From an uncultured delta proteobacterium (GTDB lineage: Bacteria; Desulfobacterota; Desulfuromonadia; Desulfuromonadales; BM103), in the NCBI GenBank assembly GCA_963715335.1, contig CAVQRZ010000002.1, positions 17,458-81,457 of the forward strand: 64,000 nt of DNA, written 5' to 3'. The notes beneath the pieces were generated by a model. The model saw nothing but the letters and a program-made list of their open reading frames with translations. It was not told the origin of the DNA and did not search any database. The first letter of the stretch is position 1. Each line of letters begins with the position of its first letter. This document shows, piece by piece, positions 42,811 through 53,636 of this stretch. The translations under genes were made by a program, and so were the position numbers.

Positions 42811-45800
42811 TCATGCCGACTCGTTGTTAACACGCAAACCATCTTCATTGAGCTCGTCCAGAGCCGTCGGCTCAAGGCTGGGGTTCAGCTTTCGACTGCG
42901 CCAGAGGTAGTAAATGACCGGATAGACCATCAACTCCATGATCCCCGATGTGACCACCCCACCAACCATCGGTGCGGCGATGCGCTTCATGACATCGGCA
43001 CCGGCGCCGTGACTCCACATGATCGGCAGCAGACCGGCGATGATTACGCAGATGGTCATAACCTTGGGACGGATACGTTTGACCGCACCGTGATGGATCG
43101 CCTGACGAAGGTCGCCATGTGTGAGCATGCGCCCACTGTCACCCCAGCGTTTATGTGCGATGTCGAGGTAGAGTAGCATGACCACGCCGGTCTCGGCATC
43201 AAGCCCGGCCAGGGCAATCACCCCGACCCAAACCGCAACCGAGGTATGATAGCCGAGCAGATAGAGGAACCAGAAAGCGCCGACCAGGGAAAACGGCACT
43301 GCCAGGAAAACGATGGCCGTCTTGATGACCGAGCGGGTGCTCATGTAGATGATCAGGAAGATAATCAGCACGGTCAGCGGAATAATCACGATGAAGCGCT
43401 GCTTGGCCGCCTGCATGTACTCGAACTGACCGCTCCAGACGATACTGTAGCCTTCGGGCAACTTGATATTTTCGGCGACCGCCTCCTTGGCGCTGGCGAC
43501 GTAAGTGCCGACGTCGATGCCACGCAGATCAACGTAAACCCAGGCGGTACGGCGCGCATTTTCGCTCTTGATACCGGGTGGCCCCTTCCTGATTTCGATC
43601 TTTGCCAGCTGCGAGATCGGCACGTGCTTGCCGTCCCTGAGCGGCACCAGAACCCTCTCCAGAGAAGGCAGGTCATTGCGGTAGTCACGTTGGTAGCGGA
43701 TATTCACCGGGTAACGCTCGAGCCCCTCGACCGTCTGGGTGACGTTCACCCCGCCGATCGCGGTCTGGATGATCTCCTGGACCTCGCCAACCGTCAATCC
43801 GTAACGGGCCGCCGCAGCCCGGTCAATAGTGAAGTCAAGGTAATTGCCCCCCACGACCCGCTCGGAAAAAGCCGTCAAGGTGCCAGGCAGAGTCCGTACC
43901 AGCGCCTCGACCTGTTCGCCGAGGTCGCTCAGCGTCTGCAGGTCATTGCCCATCAGTTTAATGCCGACCGGAGTCTTGATGCCGGTGGAGAGCATGTCAA
44001 TGCGGGTTTTGATTGGCATGGTCCATGCGTTTGTGAGCCCGGGAAACTGAATCGCACTGTTCAACTCGTCGGTCAACTCTTCGACCGTAATCGGCTTCTC
44101 CTCCGGGACGACGATTCGGAGAGGGGCTTTCAGCCAATCCCACCCGTCTGACCAGTCCGAATAAAACCGCCGGGTCGGCACCTTGCGCCACTGGTCCTCC
44201 GGCTTGAGCATGATGGTGGTTTCAAGCATCGACAACGGCGCCGGATCAGTAGCGGTATCGGCTCGGCCGGCCTTGCCGAAGGTCCGTTCTACTTCCGGGA
44301 AGCTGGCGATGATGCGATCGGTCTGCTGCAGCAATTCCTTAGCCTTGGTCACCGAGATACCGGGGAGCGTGGTCGGCATGTAGAGCAGGTCGCCTTCGTA
44401 GAGCGGCGGCATGAACTCACTGCCCATGCGGCTCAACGGGTACCAGATGGAGCAAACCATCAGGAAGGCGATAACCAGGGTGACCATGCGCCACTTGAGC
44501 ACCAGGTCGACGATCGGGTGATAAATCCGGATCAGCAGGCGATTGATCGGGTTGGCCTCCTCCGGCTTGATTTTGCCGCGGATAAACCAGCCCATCAGAA
44601 TCGGCACTATGGTTACTGCAAGCAGCGCAGAAGCCGCCATCGAATAGGTCTTGGTGTATGCCAGAGGTTTGAAGAGGCGCCCTGACTGCTCGTGCAGGGC
44701 AAAGACCGGCACGAACGAAACCGTTATCACCAACAGCGAATAGAACAGGGTCGGCCCGACCTCCTTGGCGGAAGCGAGGATGATCTCCCGGTGCGGTTTT
44801 TTCCCCTGGTCACGCTCGAGATGCTTGTGTGCATTCTCGATCATGATTATGGCGGCATCGATCATGGCGCCGATGGCGATGGCGATCCCGCCAAGGCTCA
44901 TGATGTTGGCATTGATACCCTGCAGGTGCATGATCAGAAAAGCGATCAGGATCGCGACAGGCAAGGTGAAGATCGCTACCAGTGCGCTGGGCAGATGGAA
45001 GAGGAACAGGGCCGTAACCAGGGCAACAACAATAATTTCTTCGAGGAGCTTCTCCTTGAGGGTGGATACCGCCCGCTCGATCAGACCTGAACGATCATAG
45101 ACCGGCGTGATTCGAACGCCTTCGGGTAGCCCTGCCTCAAGGCTTTTCAGCTTGCGCTTGACGTTTTCGATGGTCTGCATGGCATTGTCGCCGAAACGCA
45201 TGACAATGATGCCGCCAACGGCTTCGCCTTGACCGTCGAGCTCTGCAATGCCGCGGCGCAATTCAGGGCCGATATCAACCTCGGCGAGGTCGCGCACCAG
45301 GATCGGCGTTCCCTGCCCGTCTGTACCGACCACCACCTGTTCAATGTCCTTAGTAGAGCGGATGTAACCAAGCCCGCGCACCATAAACTCGGTCTCGGCC
45401 ATCTCCACCAGGCGTCCGCCGACATCGTTGTTGCTGGCCTGGATCGCGCGCCGTATCTGCGGGATGGTGATGTGATAAGCCAGCAGCCTGGCAGGGTCGA
45501 CAGTGACCTGGTACTGTTTGACGTAACCGCCGATACTGGCAACCTCTGAGACACCGTCGACTGCGGTCAGCTCGTAACGCAGGTACCAGTCCTGGATCGA
45601 GCGCAGCTGCTGCAGGTCGTGGCGGTCGCTTTCGAGGACGTATTCGTAGACCCAGCCGACTCCGGTCGCATCAGGGCCGAGACTTGGCGTCACGCCGCGC
45701 GGCAATTTTCCTGCTGCATAATTGAGGTATTCGAGGACCCTTGAACGCGCCCAGTAGAGGTCGGTACCGTCCTCAAAGATAATATAGACGAATGAGATGC

Positions 45801-46065
45801 CGAAGAAGGAGTAGCCTCGCACCACCTTGGCGTGCGGCACAGCCAGCATTTGGGTCGTCAGAGGATAGGTGACCTGGTCCTCGACCACCTGCGGAGCCTG
45901 CCCCGGATATTCGGTGAATATAATAACCTGTACGTCGGACAGATCGGGAATGGCGTCAATCGGGGTCTGGGAAACAGCATAAATGCCGCCAGCCATGACA
46001 AGGATCGTCAGAAGAACGACGATAAACTTGTTTTTGCAGGACCAGTCAATGATAAATTCAAGCAC
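42811..46065 (-). CDS. cusA: CusA/SilA-type heavy-metal RND permease
   Basis: DAIPDLSDVQVI, GPDATGVGWVYEY, TRIDMLSTG, RIRPKVMT, KRIAAPMVGG. Confidence 0.92.
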   Translation of the reverse strand: MLEFIIDWSCKNKFIVVLLTILVMAGGIYAVSQTPIDAIPDLSDVQVIIFTEYPGQAPQVVEDQVTYPLTTQMLAVPHAKVVRGYSFFGISFVYIIFEDGTDLYWARSRVLEYLNYAAGKLPRGVTPSLGPDATGVGWVYEYVLESDRHDLQQLRSIQDWYLRYELTAVDGVSEVASIGGYVKQYQVTVDPARLLAYHITIPQIRRAIQASNNDVGGRLVEMAETEFMVRGLGYIRSTKDIEQVVVGTDGQGTPILVRDLAEVDIGPELRRGIAELDGQGEAVGGIIVMRFGDNAMQTIENVKRKLKSLEAGLPEGVRITPVYDRSGLIERAVSTLKEKLLEEIIVVALVTALFLFHLPSALVAIFTLPVAILIAFLIMHLQGINANIMSLGGIAIAIGAMIDAAIIMIENAHKHLERDQGKKPHREIILASAKEVGPTLFYSLLVITVSFVPVFALHEQSGRLFKPLAYTKTYSMAASALLAVTIVPILMGWFIRGKIKPEEANPINRLLIRIYHPIVDLVLKWRMVTLVIAFLMVCSIWYPLSRMGSEFMPPLYEGDLLYMPTTLPGISVTKAKELLQQTDRIIASFPEVERTFGKAGRADTATDPAPLSMLETTIMLKPEDQWRKVPTRRFYSDWSDGWDWLKAPLRIVVPEEKPITVEELTDELNSAIQFPGLTNAWTMPIKTRIDMLSTGIKTPVGIKLMGNDLQTLSDLGEQVEALVRTLPGTLTAFSERVVGGNYLDFTIDRAAAARYGLTVGEVQEIIQTAIGGVNVTQTVEGLERYPVNIRYQRDYRNDLPSLERVLVPLRDGKHVPISQLAKIEIRKGPPGIKSENARRTAWVYVDLRGIDVGTYVASAKEAVAENIKLPEGYSIVWSGQFEYMQAAKQRFIVIIPLTVLIIFLIIYMSTRSVIKTAIVFLAVPFSLVGAFWFLYLLGYHTSVAVWVGVIALAGLDAETGVVMLLYLDIAHKRWGDSGRMLTHGDLRQAIHHGAVKRIRPKVMTICVIIAGLLPIMWSHGAGADVMKRIAAPMVGGVVTSGIMELMVYPVIYYLWRSRKLNPSLEPTALDELNEDGLRVNNESA

Positions 46066-46097
46066 GATAAGTTCCGTTAAAAGAGAAAGATAACATG

Positions 46098-47666
46098 TTA
46101 AAACTCAGTTGGCATTTTGCGTTTTCCGTCTTTTACTTTGTCAGCTTTCACCTTTTCCTCGTCGTCTTCATCAGCGAAAAGAGATTCCATGTCATCTTCA
46201 GTTGCTTTGGCAGGTTCGCTGTGTATGTGTTGGTCTGCGGATGGCATAGCCGGCTCCAGCATTTTCTGGATTGCTTCGCGCAGTTTGCTCTCCGAATCGA
46301 GCATGAACTGAGCGCTGGTGACAACGTGTTCTCCATCGAGCAGACCCTGTACAATCTCGATAGCTCCGTCTTCACTTTGGACACCGGTTTTAACCTGACG
46401 CGGTTCGAATTTGCCTTCACCGAGAGCAACGAAAAGGGTCTTCTTCTCACCCGAGTGCAGCACGGCCTCGATCGGCACAGTCAGGGCGTTGGCAATCGTG
46501 TCCGATTTTAGCGAGACATTGACGTACATGTCAGGTTTCAGCGCAAAATCGGGGTTGGCGATATCCAGGCGGGCCTTGACCGTGCGGGTTCTCGGCTCAA
46601 CGAACGGATAGATATAGCTGACCGTGCTCTCGATCGGCTCGCTGCCGGCGTAAGGCAGTATGATCTTCGCTTTCTGACCGATTTTTACCCAGGGCATCTC
46701 GTATTCGTAGATATCTGCGTAGACCCAGACCTTCGAGATATCAGAGAGCATGAGGAGTTCCATGCCGACTTTGATGTACTGTCCTTCCCTGACCATTTTC
46801 GTGGTGACGATACCGTCGTAAGGGGCGTAAAGAGTCAGGTTCTTGGTAACCTCGCCGGTCTGCTCCAGGCGGGCGATCTGGCGGTCGCTGATGTCCCAGA
46901 GTTTGAGACGTCTGCGTGACGCGTCAAGGAGTCGACTGGCGCCAGCCGCGATCGAGGGGAATGATGATCCAGCGAGCGAGAGGTTGTTGTTTCTGGCGAG
47001 CAGGAACTCTTCCTGTGCGCTGACCAGCGCCGGGCTGTATATCTCAAGGAGCGGCGCTCCTTTCTTGACGAACTGCCCTGTCTGGTTAACATAAAGCCGT
47101 TCGACCCAGCCATCGATTTTGCTGTTGACCGAGTACTGTTTCGGCTCCTCGTACCCGACCAGGCCGACAGTCCGAACCGTACGGCTTATATCTCTACGCT
47201 TAGCGAGAACCAGCCGCACACCCATGTTCTGTGACGTCACCGGGTCCACAGAGATGATCGAACCGGTTGCGGCTTGATCTTCATACACCGGGACCAGGTC
47301 CATGCCCATCGGCGACTTGCCGGGCTCGTCACGGATATAAGTCGGATCCATCGGCGCGACCCAGTACTTGACCTTGCGTTCACCGGCCGGTTTGTTCGCT
47401 CCGGCACCGCCGCCGGGCTTCAACGGCGTCAACTCCATGTTGCAGATCGGGCAAAGGCCAGGTTCGTCGGTAATGACCAACGGGTGCATACCGCAGGTAT
47501 ATTTCTGTGGAATGTCCTCGGCAGCATCGAGGGAGGATGGCGTGACAACACCGGCAACATCCTGTAGGTGGCCGGAGTGTGGCGCCTGTAGTACGGTAGT
47601 GACCGCTATCGCGGCGGCAATAACCGCCACGGCGACAATCAGAAGCAAAAGAAGTTTTTTATTCAT
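46098..47666 (-). CDS. cusB: CusB-type RND periplasmic adaptor with heavy-metal-binding domains
   Basis: YTCGMHP...CPICNMEL and YWVAPMDP...GKSPMGMDLVP, followed by the membrane-fusion protein core. Confidence 0.88.
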   Translation of the reverse strand: MNKKLLLLLIVAVAVIAAAIAVTTVLQAPHSGHLQDVAGVVTPSSLDAAEDIPQKYTCGMHPLVITDEPGLCPICNMELTPLKPGGGAGANKPAGERKVKYWVAPMDPTYIRDEPGKSPMGMDLVPVYEDQAATGSIISVDPVTSQNMGVRLVLAKRRDISRTVRTVGLVGYEEPKQYSVNSKIDGWVERLYVNQTGQFVKKGAPLLEIYSPALVSAQEEFLLARNNNLSLAGSSFPSIAAGASRLLDASRRRLKLWDISDRQIARLEQTGEVTKNLTLYAPYDGIVTTKMVREGQYIKVGMELLMLSDISKVWVYADIYEYEMPWVKIGQKAKIILPYAGSEPIESTVSYIYPFVEPRTRTVKARLDIANPDFALKPDMYVNVSLKSDTIANALTVPIEAVLHSGEKKTLFVALGEGKFEPRQVKTGVQSEDGAIEIVQGLLDGEHVVTSAQFMLDSESKLREAIQKMLEPAMPSADQHIHSEPAKATEDDMESLFADEDDEEKVKADKVKDGKRKMPTEF

Positions 47667-49003
47667 TGTGTCCTCTGGTCATTTTTTCCCCTGTAAGCTC
47701 CATGATTCTGTTCATCGATCAGCACGGGGCGACCGGTCAACGGCACAGTCGATTCAGCCTCAAGCCACGCGAGACTCCTCATGTACTCCGAGCTGACCCG
47801 GTAATAATCCATCTCTGCCTTGAAAGTCGTCATCAGGGTGTCCAGCAGGCTGATAAAGTCAACCTTGCCGACTTGGTAAGCGCCAAGGGCCGCCTCGAAG
47901 CTCTGACTCGTCTGAGGGATGATCCCTCCACTGAAGAGTTCGGCTTGCTGAAGGGTCTCTTCCTTGCGGGCATAAGCTTGTTTGATCGATTCAGAGACGG
48001 AGCTTCGAAAACCCATAAACTGGTACTCCGCCATTCTCATGGCGGCATCGGCTTCGGCGATAGCGGCGCGTCTTTTCGCCCTGTAGACCGGCAGATCGAA
48101 GCTGACTCCGGCACTGACAAAATCGGTCCCTCCATCGGGCAGGTCATCATCTCGAAAACGCCAGCTTCCCCAGAGTGTCACATCCGGATAATTATCGAGG
48201 TCTGCCAGCTGCTTCTGATGACGGTAACGTTTGATCAGGGCCTGGTAGGCTGCGTTCATGGGACGGTTTTCCAGACCAGCCCGTTGCAATTCGTCCAGTC
48301 CGACATCGGTCCTTGGCAGTTCCAGTTTACCCGGGGTCTCAAAAGTCCCGGTCGACCGGTTCAACAGACGGTTCAACTCAGCTTCGATAGCGGACTTCTG
48401 CTGTTGCAACGAGATCAGCTGTTCCATCAGGTTTGACCTGTTGACCTGGGCCTTGAGGACGTCCTGCTGCAGCCCCGTGCCGGTCTCATAGCGAACCTCC
48501 GTCAAGCGGATGATATCGTCGGCCAGCTGCATGTTGCGCTCTACGACACCAATAGCCATCTGCCTGAAATAGAGTCGATACCAGGCGTCCTTGACCTTGC
48601 GGGCCAGCTGGTAGTGTGTGTCGTAATAGGCAGCCTCGAACCATTTAGCCTGCTCCATGGCAAGCGCAGAACGATTCTCGAGCTTCCCAGGAAACGGGAA
48701 CATCTGGGAGAGCTTCACTTCATTGCCGGTCATCGGAGTGGTGTCGCTGGAAAAATCATCGCTGGGGTAACTCGAAAAGGTGAAGGAAAGATTTGGGTCA
48801 TTGAGGCTGCCGACCTGGGGGGCTCGATAGCTGTCCTGTTCCCAGCGGGCTTTCATTGCAGCAAGGTCCGGATTGTTGTTGAGGGCCTCCTGCACAAGCT
48901 CGTCAAGGTCAGCCGCAAGCGCGGGACCGCAGACACCCGAGAGACAGAAGAGCAGGATTACGGATACCAGCATGACTGTGAGTGATCGCGGTGTGTACAA
49001 CAT
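47663..49003 (-). CDS. TolC-family outer-membrane factor (CusC-like)
   Basis: Signal peptide, ALNNNPDL, SQMFPFPGKL, RYETG...QDVLKAQ; first gene of the CBA operon. Confidence 0.88.
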   Translation of the reverse strand: MLYTPRSLTVMLVSVILLFCLSGVCGPALAADLDELVQEALNNNPDLAAMKARWEQDSYRAPQVGSLNDPNLSFTFSSYPSDDFSSDTTPMTGNEVKLSQMFPFPGKLENRSALAMEQAKWFEAAYYDTHYQLARKVKDAWYRLYFRQMAIGVVERNMQLADDIIRLTEVRYETGTGLQQDVLKAQVNRSNLMEQLISLQQQKSAIEAELNRLLNRSTGTFETPGKLELPRTDVGLDELQRAGLENRPMNAAYQALIKRYRHQKQLADLDNYPDVTLWGSWRFRDDDLPDGGTDFVSAGVSFDLPVYRAKRRAAIAEADAAMRMAEYQFMGFRSSVSESIKQAYARKEETLQQAELFSGGIIPQTSQSFEAALGAYQVGKVDFISLLDTLMTTFKAEMDYYRVSSEYMRSLAWLEAESTVPLTGRPVLIDEQNHGAYRGKNDQRTQ

Positions 49004-49210
49004 AAAAGTTCCTTGAGGTCGAAAATGCCAATATAACGTTACATGGAACGTGCCATATACATAAGTACCTATTTTAAAAGGGTTAAACTAAATCATGATA
49101 ATGGGATAACAGTAGAGTTGAAGAATATTCTACAGCTAAATGGAGATTATTCAACGAAGGAATTGTTCTAATGATTCAGAATAGATATGCAGGACGACCG
49201 GACGTTGCGA

Positions 49211-49921
49211 CTACTGAGCTGCTGGAACGGGATAAACCTTGCCGTTAATCTCGAAGAGCACCCGGTCGACGTGGATTGCGGTAACCACAGCAGAGTCGAT
49301 GTGGCTGCCGACCATGACCGGAAGATCGTTGACAACGGCCATGCTGTTGGCGCCGCCCTGGTAGAAAATTTCCGTCACAACCAGGCTTATGCTTTCAGGC
49401 AGTGCCATAGACTCCCCAGGCACGCTGTTCTGCACAACGGTCATGGCCGGTTCGACGGGAGCTGCGGTATCCGGGGCTACAAGCCCTGTCGACTCTCTGC
49501 GGGGTCCTGAACTGGTTGCCGTCACGGAGTTCGGCGCTCGCATCACCGGCATGCCTGCAGGCTCACTGACAGCATCCGTAACGGGAGTTTCGGGTTTTGC
49601 AGGAACAGCACGGTCCTGCAGGACTTCTGCTGTCGCCGGGACCGGCGGGGCGACGGTCGCCAGCTGCGGCGAAGCGACAAGGGGCACGGCCGCCGCCGGG
49701 GAGGCACTCTGCAGGGTATCCCGTTTTCGTGCGGGACCGGCAGGCCAGAGGAAAAACAGGCCGACCATTGCAGCGCCGCAGACGATCCCGGCTACTACGG
49801 GCAAAAATGATTTTCCCACAGGGGCAGATTGGCCCTGGTCAACACGTAGATCGGGAGTTTCGAGTTTCCCTCCCCGTTTTTCTTCCTCAAGTTTCCTGAG
49901 TGCTTTCAGTATCGAACTCAT
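49211..49921 (-). CDS. general secretion pathway protein B (ExeB/GspB-like)
   Basis: N-terminal MSSILKALRKLEEE, one TM segment, Pro/Ala linker, C-terminal AVVND...GS.I...VTAI..DRV.F; downstream of an exeA-like gene. Confidence 0.75.
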   Translation of the reverse strand: MSSILKALRKLEEEKRGGKLETPDLRVDQGQSAPVGKSFLPVVAGIVCGAAMVGLFFLWPAGPARKRDTLQSASPAAAVPLVASPQLATVAPPVPATAEVLQDRAVPAKPETPVTDAVSEPAGMPVMRAPNSVTATSSGPRRESTGLVAPDTAAPVEPAMTVVQNSVPGESMALPESISLVVTEIFYQGGANSMAVVNDLPVMVGSHIDSAVVTAIHVDRVLFEINGKVYPVPAAQ

Positions 49922-49941
49922 GCAGATGCGTCCTGAAAATA

Positions 49942-51546
49942 TCAGGAAAGCCTGGGCATATCATATGCCCCGGCCACCTGGTAGATGAGGATGAGAGTGC
50001 GCGGACCGACCAGGCCGTCAACAACCAACCCGTGGTCCCTCTGAAAAGACTTAACACACTCGATGCTGCGCTTATCATAGCGACCGTTGGTCGGAACATC
50101 CACACATCCGGCAAGCCCGAGCAGAAACTGCAGGCGCCTGACGTTTTCACCGCTCGTGCCCGGCGCGGCGACGTTGCCAATAGCAGAGAAATCTACCCAT
50201 GGGACCATGGCCATTTGCATGCCGAGGGTATTGAGTTTTGCCGCATCGAGAGTGTCACGGCCCTGGTAAGCAGGAACAACTCTCCAGTTCCCCGGGGAGA
50301 CTTGCCCAAGCACAGCCAGGTACCCACCGCCCTGCTCTTCGGCCAACGGAATCAGGAACGGCACGTTGTATTTAGACAGATCATCAAAGTTGCCAGCCAG
50401 TCGAACAAGCTCAAACCCGCGTGCCGATAGCTCGCGATCAATGTCAAGACCGGCGGATGACGACCGGGGTTCAAGCAGGGGCGCTTTCCAGAGGGTAAAG
50501 AGCGCGTTGAGGCTGGCAAGCAGATTGTCCTGTGGCACTTGCGACGGTGCGGCAGACATAGGTTCCGGTTGTATTTGTGCCCTCGCGAAGGCCGGCTCCG
50601 GGGTCACGGTTGCCGCGTTCGTAGCGCTGTTGCCAAAAGTGTCCAGGGTGAAATACCCTGCCAGCACAACCAGGGTGATAAGGGCGGCAAGAGAGATCGC
50701 CTTCCAGGGCAACTGCCTGTCGGCGACACGACCTTCTCCCATGCCATCCAACTCTGCAACAGCCTGCTTGATGTGCCTAACCGACACGACCCCCCGGTCT
50801 TCCGTATAGGCGGTCAGCAGTGCCCTGTCACAGATAAGGTTGATCCTTCTCGGAACGCCGCCGGAGTATTTGAAGATCCGTTTCAAGGCCGCAGCAGAAA
50901 AGACGTTAGTATCCGGTCGACCGGCAATTTTAAGGCGGTTCAGAATATAAGAGGAGGTCTCTGCGCCGTTCAGGGGACGCAAATGGTAGCGTACGGCGAT
51001 TCTCTGGTTGAGTTGCCGCAGACTGTGATCGCTCAGGTGCTTGCGCAATTCCGGCTGCCCAACCAGAATCACCTGGATCAGCTTGTCTTCTTCCGTTTCC
51101 AGATTGGACAAAAGCCGTATCTGCTCAAGAACTTCCGCGGAGAGATTCTGTGCTTCATCAATGACCAGCAGCGGGGTCCGGCCAGCCAGGTTCTCCGCCA
51201 GCAGAAACTCGTTGAGAGAGTGAATCAGGTCGGGGTTGCTGAGACCGTCGTCGGCAACGCCAAATTCCCGATTGATATTGCGCAGAAGTTCGAAAGCTGT
51301 CAGCTTGGGGTTAAAGATAAATGCGACTCGATATTTGTCTTCATCAAGATGCGCAAGCAGTGAACGCAAAATGGTGGTTTTGCCGGTTCCAACCTCGCCC
51401 GTGACTTCGACAAAACCGGTCCGGTGTTCGATGCCGTAAAGAAGGTGTGCGTATACTTCGTTATGGGTTTTGCTGAGGAAAAGGAAGCGCGGGTTCGGTG
51501 TCAGGGAAAACGGTTGTTCCTTGAAGGCAAAAAAAGATTGATACAT
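49942..51546 (-). CDS. ExeA/GspA-family AAA ATPase with C-terminal peptidoglycan-binding domain
   Basis: PFSLTPNPRF, TGEVGTGKT, IDEAQNL, GQPEL, GGVPRRIN; VKSFQRDHGLVVDGLVGPRT. Confidence 0.9.
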   Translation of the reverse strand: MYQSFFAFKEQPFSLTPNPRFLFLSKTHNEVYAHLLYGIEHRTGFVEVTGEVGTGKTTILRSLLAHLDEDKYRVAFIFNPKLTAFELLRNINREFGVADDGLSNPDLIHSLNEFLLAENLAGRTPLLVIDEAQNLSAEVLEQIRLLSNLETEEDKLIQVILVGQPELRKHLSDHSLRQLNQRIAVRYHLRPLNGAETSSYILNRLKIAGRPDTNVFSAAALKRIFKYSGGVPRRINLICDRALLTAYTEDRGVVSVRHIKQAVAELDGMGEGRVADRQLPWKAISLAALITLVVLAGYFTLDTFGNSATNAATVTPEPAFARAQIQPEPMSAAPSQVPQDNLLASLNALFTLWKAPLLEPRSSSAGLDIDRELSARGFELVRLAGNFDDLSKYNVPFLIPLAEEQGGGYLAVLGQVSPGNWRVVPAYQGRDTLDAAKLNTLGMQMAMVPWVDFSAIGNVAAPGTSGENVRRLQFLLGLAGCVDVPTNGRYDKRSIECVKSFQRDHGLVVDGLVGPRTLILIYQVAGAYDMPRLS

Positions 51547-51785
51547 AAGCCAAACATTCCCCTGCAGGCAGGACAAAAATCTCGAATTATCATTTATTTC
51601 CTAAACCTCACAATTATGCAAGTTTTTCATAAAAGAACGCTAAATGAAAATTCGTCCAGTTCTACGCGGAAAATGAATTTTGTGTATGCTATCATTCTAG
51701 GGGCATGGCACAGCGACTCTGGCGCACCGGGGAAGTTGCCAATCAATACTTGTCAATCACAATCACATCGATATCGAGGAAACGA

Positions 51786-53498
51786 ATGAACAGTTGGAGA
51801 CAGTACACGGAGATATCACGGATCGCCTATTTTTCAATGGAAATCGGCTTGACTACGGAAATCCCCACTTACAGCGGCGGCCTGGGAGTCCTGGCCGGAG
51901 ATACGATCAAGAGTGCAGCAGACCTGAAACTCCCCCTGGTGGCGGTTACGCTGATCAGCCGCAAAGGCTATTTCCGGCAAACCTTCGATGAACAGGGTTG
52001 GCAGCAGGAAAGCTCTGTTGACTGGCGTCCCGAGGATTTACTTGAACTATTGCCAGGCAAGGCACTGGTAACCATAGAGGATCGTGACGTGAAGGTCCAG
52101 GCCTGGCTGTACCGCGTCAAGAGCCCGACAGGTGGTGAATTGCCGGTCCTTTTTCTTGACACCGACATCCCCGGCAACCTTGCCGAAGATCGAAAAATCA
52201 CTGACCACCTGTATGGCGGCGACAAAAGCTACCGCCTCAAGCAGGAGATAGTTCTCGGCATAGGCGGCGCGCGCCTGCTACAGATCCTCGGCTTCCAGGT
52301 TCGCAAATACCATCTTAACGAAGGTCATGCCAGCCTGCTGACTCTTGAATTGCTGAACCACCACCGCCTGCCGCTGGAAGACACCTGGGACGAACGGGCC
52401 TCATGGAATACCCGCCGCGTACAGGAAAGATGTGTCTTTACCACCCACACCCCGGTTGAGGCCGGCCACGACCGCTTCCCTTACAGCCTGGTAGAGCGCG
52501 TTATGGGTGATGTCGTACCGATAAGTATCCTGAAGGAGCTTGGCGGTGAAGACGAACTCAACATGACGATGCTGGCCCTGAATCTGTCGCACTTTGTGAA
52601 CGGGGTTGCCAAGAAACACGGCCAGGTATCACAGGCCCTCTTCCCGGGCTTCGAGATCCATGCCATCACCAACGGCATACACCCGTTCACCTGGGGATCA
52701 CCTTACATGATGACCCTGTTCGACAAATATCTGCCCGGCTGGGCCAACGAGCCGGAGCTTCTGGTCAGGGTTGACATCATTCCGGACCAGGAGATTCTGG
52801 ACGCCCACGCCGGCGCCAAGGCTTACCTCTTCCAGTATATCGAAGAGACCACCGGCGAAAAATTTGATCCGGAGGTTCTGACCATTGGCTTCGCCCGCAG
52901 GGCTACTGCATACAAGCGGGCCAACATGATCTTCAATGATCACGAGCGTCTGAAGAAAATCGGTGCCGGGAAGTTGCAGCTGGTCTTTGCCGGCAAGGCC
53001 CATCCGCACGACGACCATGGCAAAAAAATGATCCAGGATATCCGCAATCAAAGCGAATTTTTCGGTGACGATCTGAAAATAGTTTATCTGCCGAATTACA
53101 ACATGGACGTTGCCAGTCGACTGATCCCTGGCGTCGACATCTGGTTAAATAACCCGCAGCGACCACTGGAGGCCTCAGGAACCAGCGGCATGAAGGCCGC
53201 CCTGAACGGGGTCCCGAATTTCAGCGTCCTGGATGGCTGGTGGATCGAAGGGCACATAGAAGGGGTTACCGGCTGGTCGATCGGGCCGCCACCGACCGAG
53301 ACGACTACCGACGTCAACCATTCGGACGAAGATGTAAAAGACCTCTACCAGAAGCTTGAACAGACCATCATCCCTCTTTACTACAAAGATCGTGAAGGCT
53401 GGACCAAGGTGATGAAGAATGCGATCGGCAAGAACGCCTACTATTTCAATACGCACGTCATGATGAGGCGATATGTGACGGAAGCGTACCTCAGGTAG
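51786..53498 (+). CDS. glgP: alpha-glucan (glycogen) phosphorylase, short type
   Basis: [50 protein letters not shown]. Confidence 0.92.
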   Translation: MNSWRQYTEISRIAYFSMEIGLTTEIPTYSGGLGVLAGDTIKSAADLKLPLVAVTLISRKGYFRQTFDEQGWQQESSVDWRPEDLLELLPGKALVTIEDRDVKVQAWLYRVKSPTGGELPVLFLDTDIPGNLAEDRKITDHLYGGDKSYRLKQEIVLGIGGARLLQILGFQVRKYHLNEGHASLLTLELLNHHRLPLEDTWDERASWNTRRVQERCVFTTHTPVEAGHDRFPYSLVERVMGDVVPISILKELGGEDELNMTMLALNLSHFVNGVAKKHGQVSQALFPGFEIHAITNGIHPFTWGSPYMMTLFDKYLPGWANEPELLVRVDIIPDQEILDAHAGAKAYLFQYIEETTGEKFDPEVLTIGFARRATAYKRANMIFNDHERLKKIGAGKLQLVFAGKAHPHDDHGKKMIQDIRNQSEFFGDDLKIVYLPNYNMDVASRLIPGVDIWLNNPQRPLEASGTSGMKAALNGVPNFSVLDGWWIEGHIEGVTGWSIGPPPTETTTDVNHSDEDVKDLYQKLEQTIIPLYYKDREGWTKVMKNAIGKNAYYFNTHVMMRRYVTEAYLR

Positions 53499-53545
53499 GT
53501 ACGAAACGGTAAAACGACAATTCGCAGTTCAACGCAATGCTATTT

Positions 53546-53583
53546 CACTATAAGGCCCCGCCATCGAGCGGGGCCTTATAGTG
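53546..53583. terminator. long perfect hairpin between convergent glgP and tesA-like genes
   Basis: cactataaggccccgc-catcga-gcggggccttatagtg (16-bp stem). Confidence 0.65.
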
Positions 53584-53636
53584 TCGGTCGACAATTTCCG
53601 ACACTTTGTAACTGGAGGAACAGGGCCTTCAGAGGT

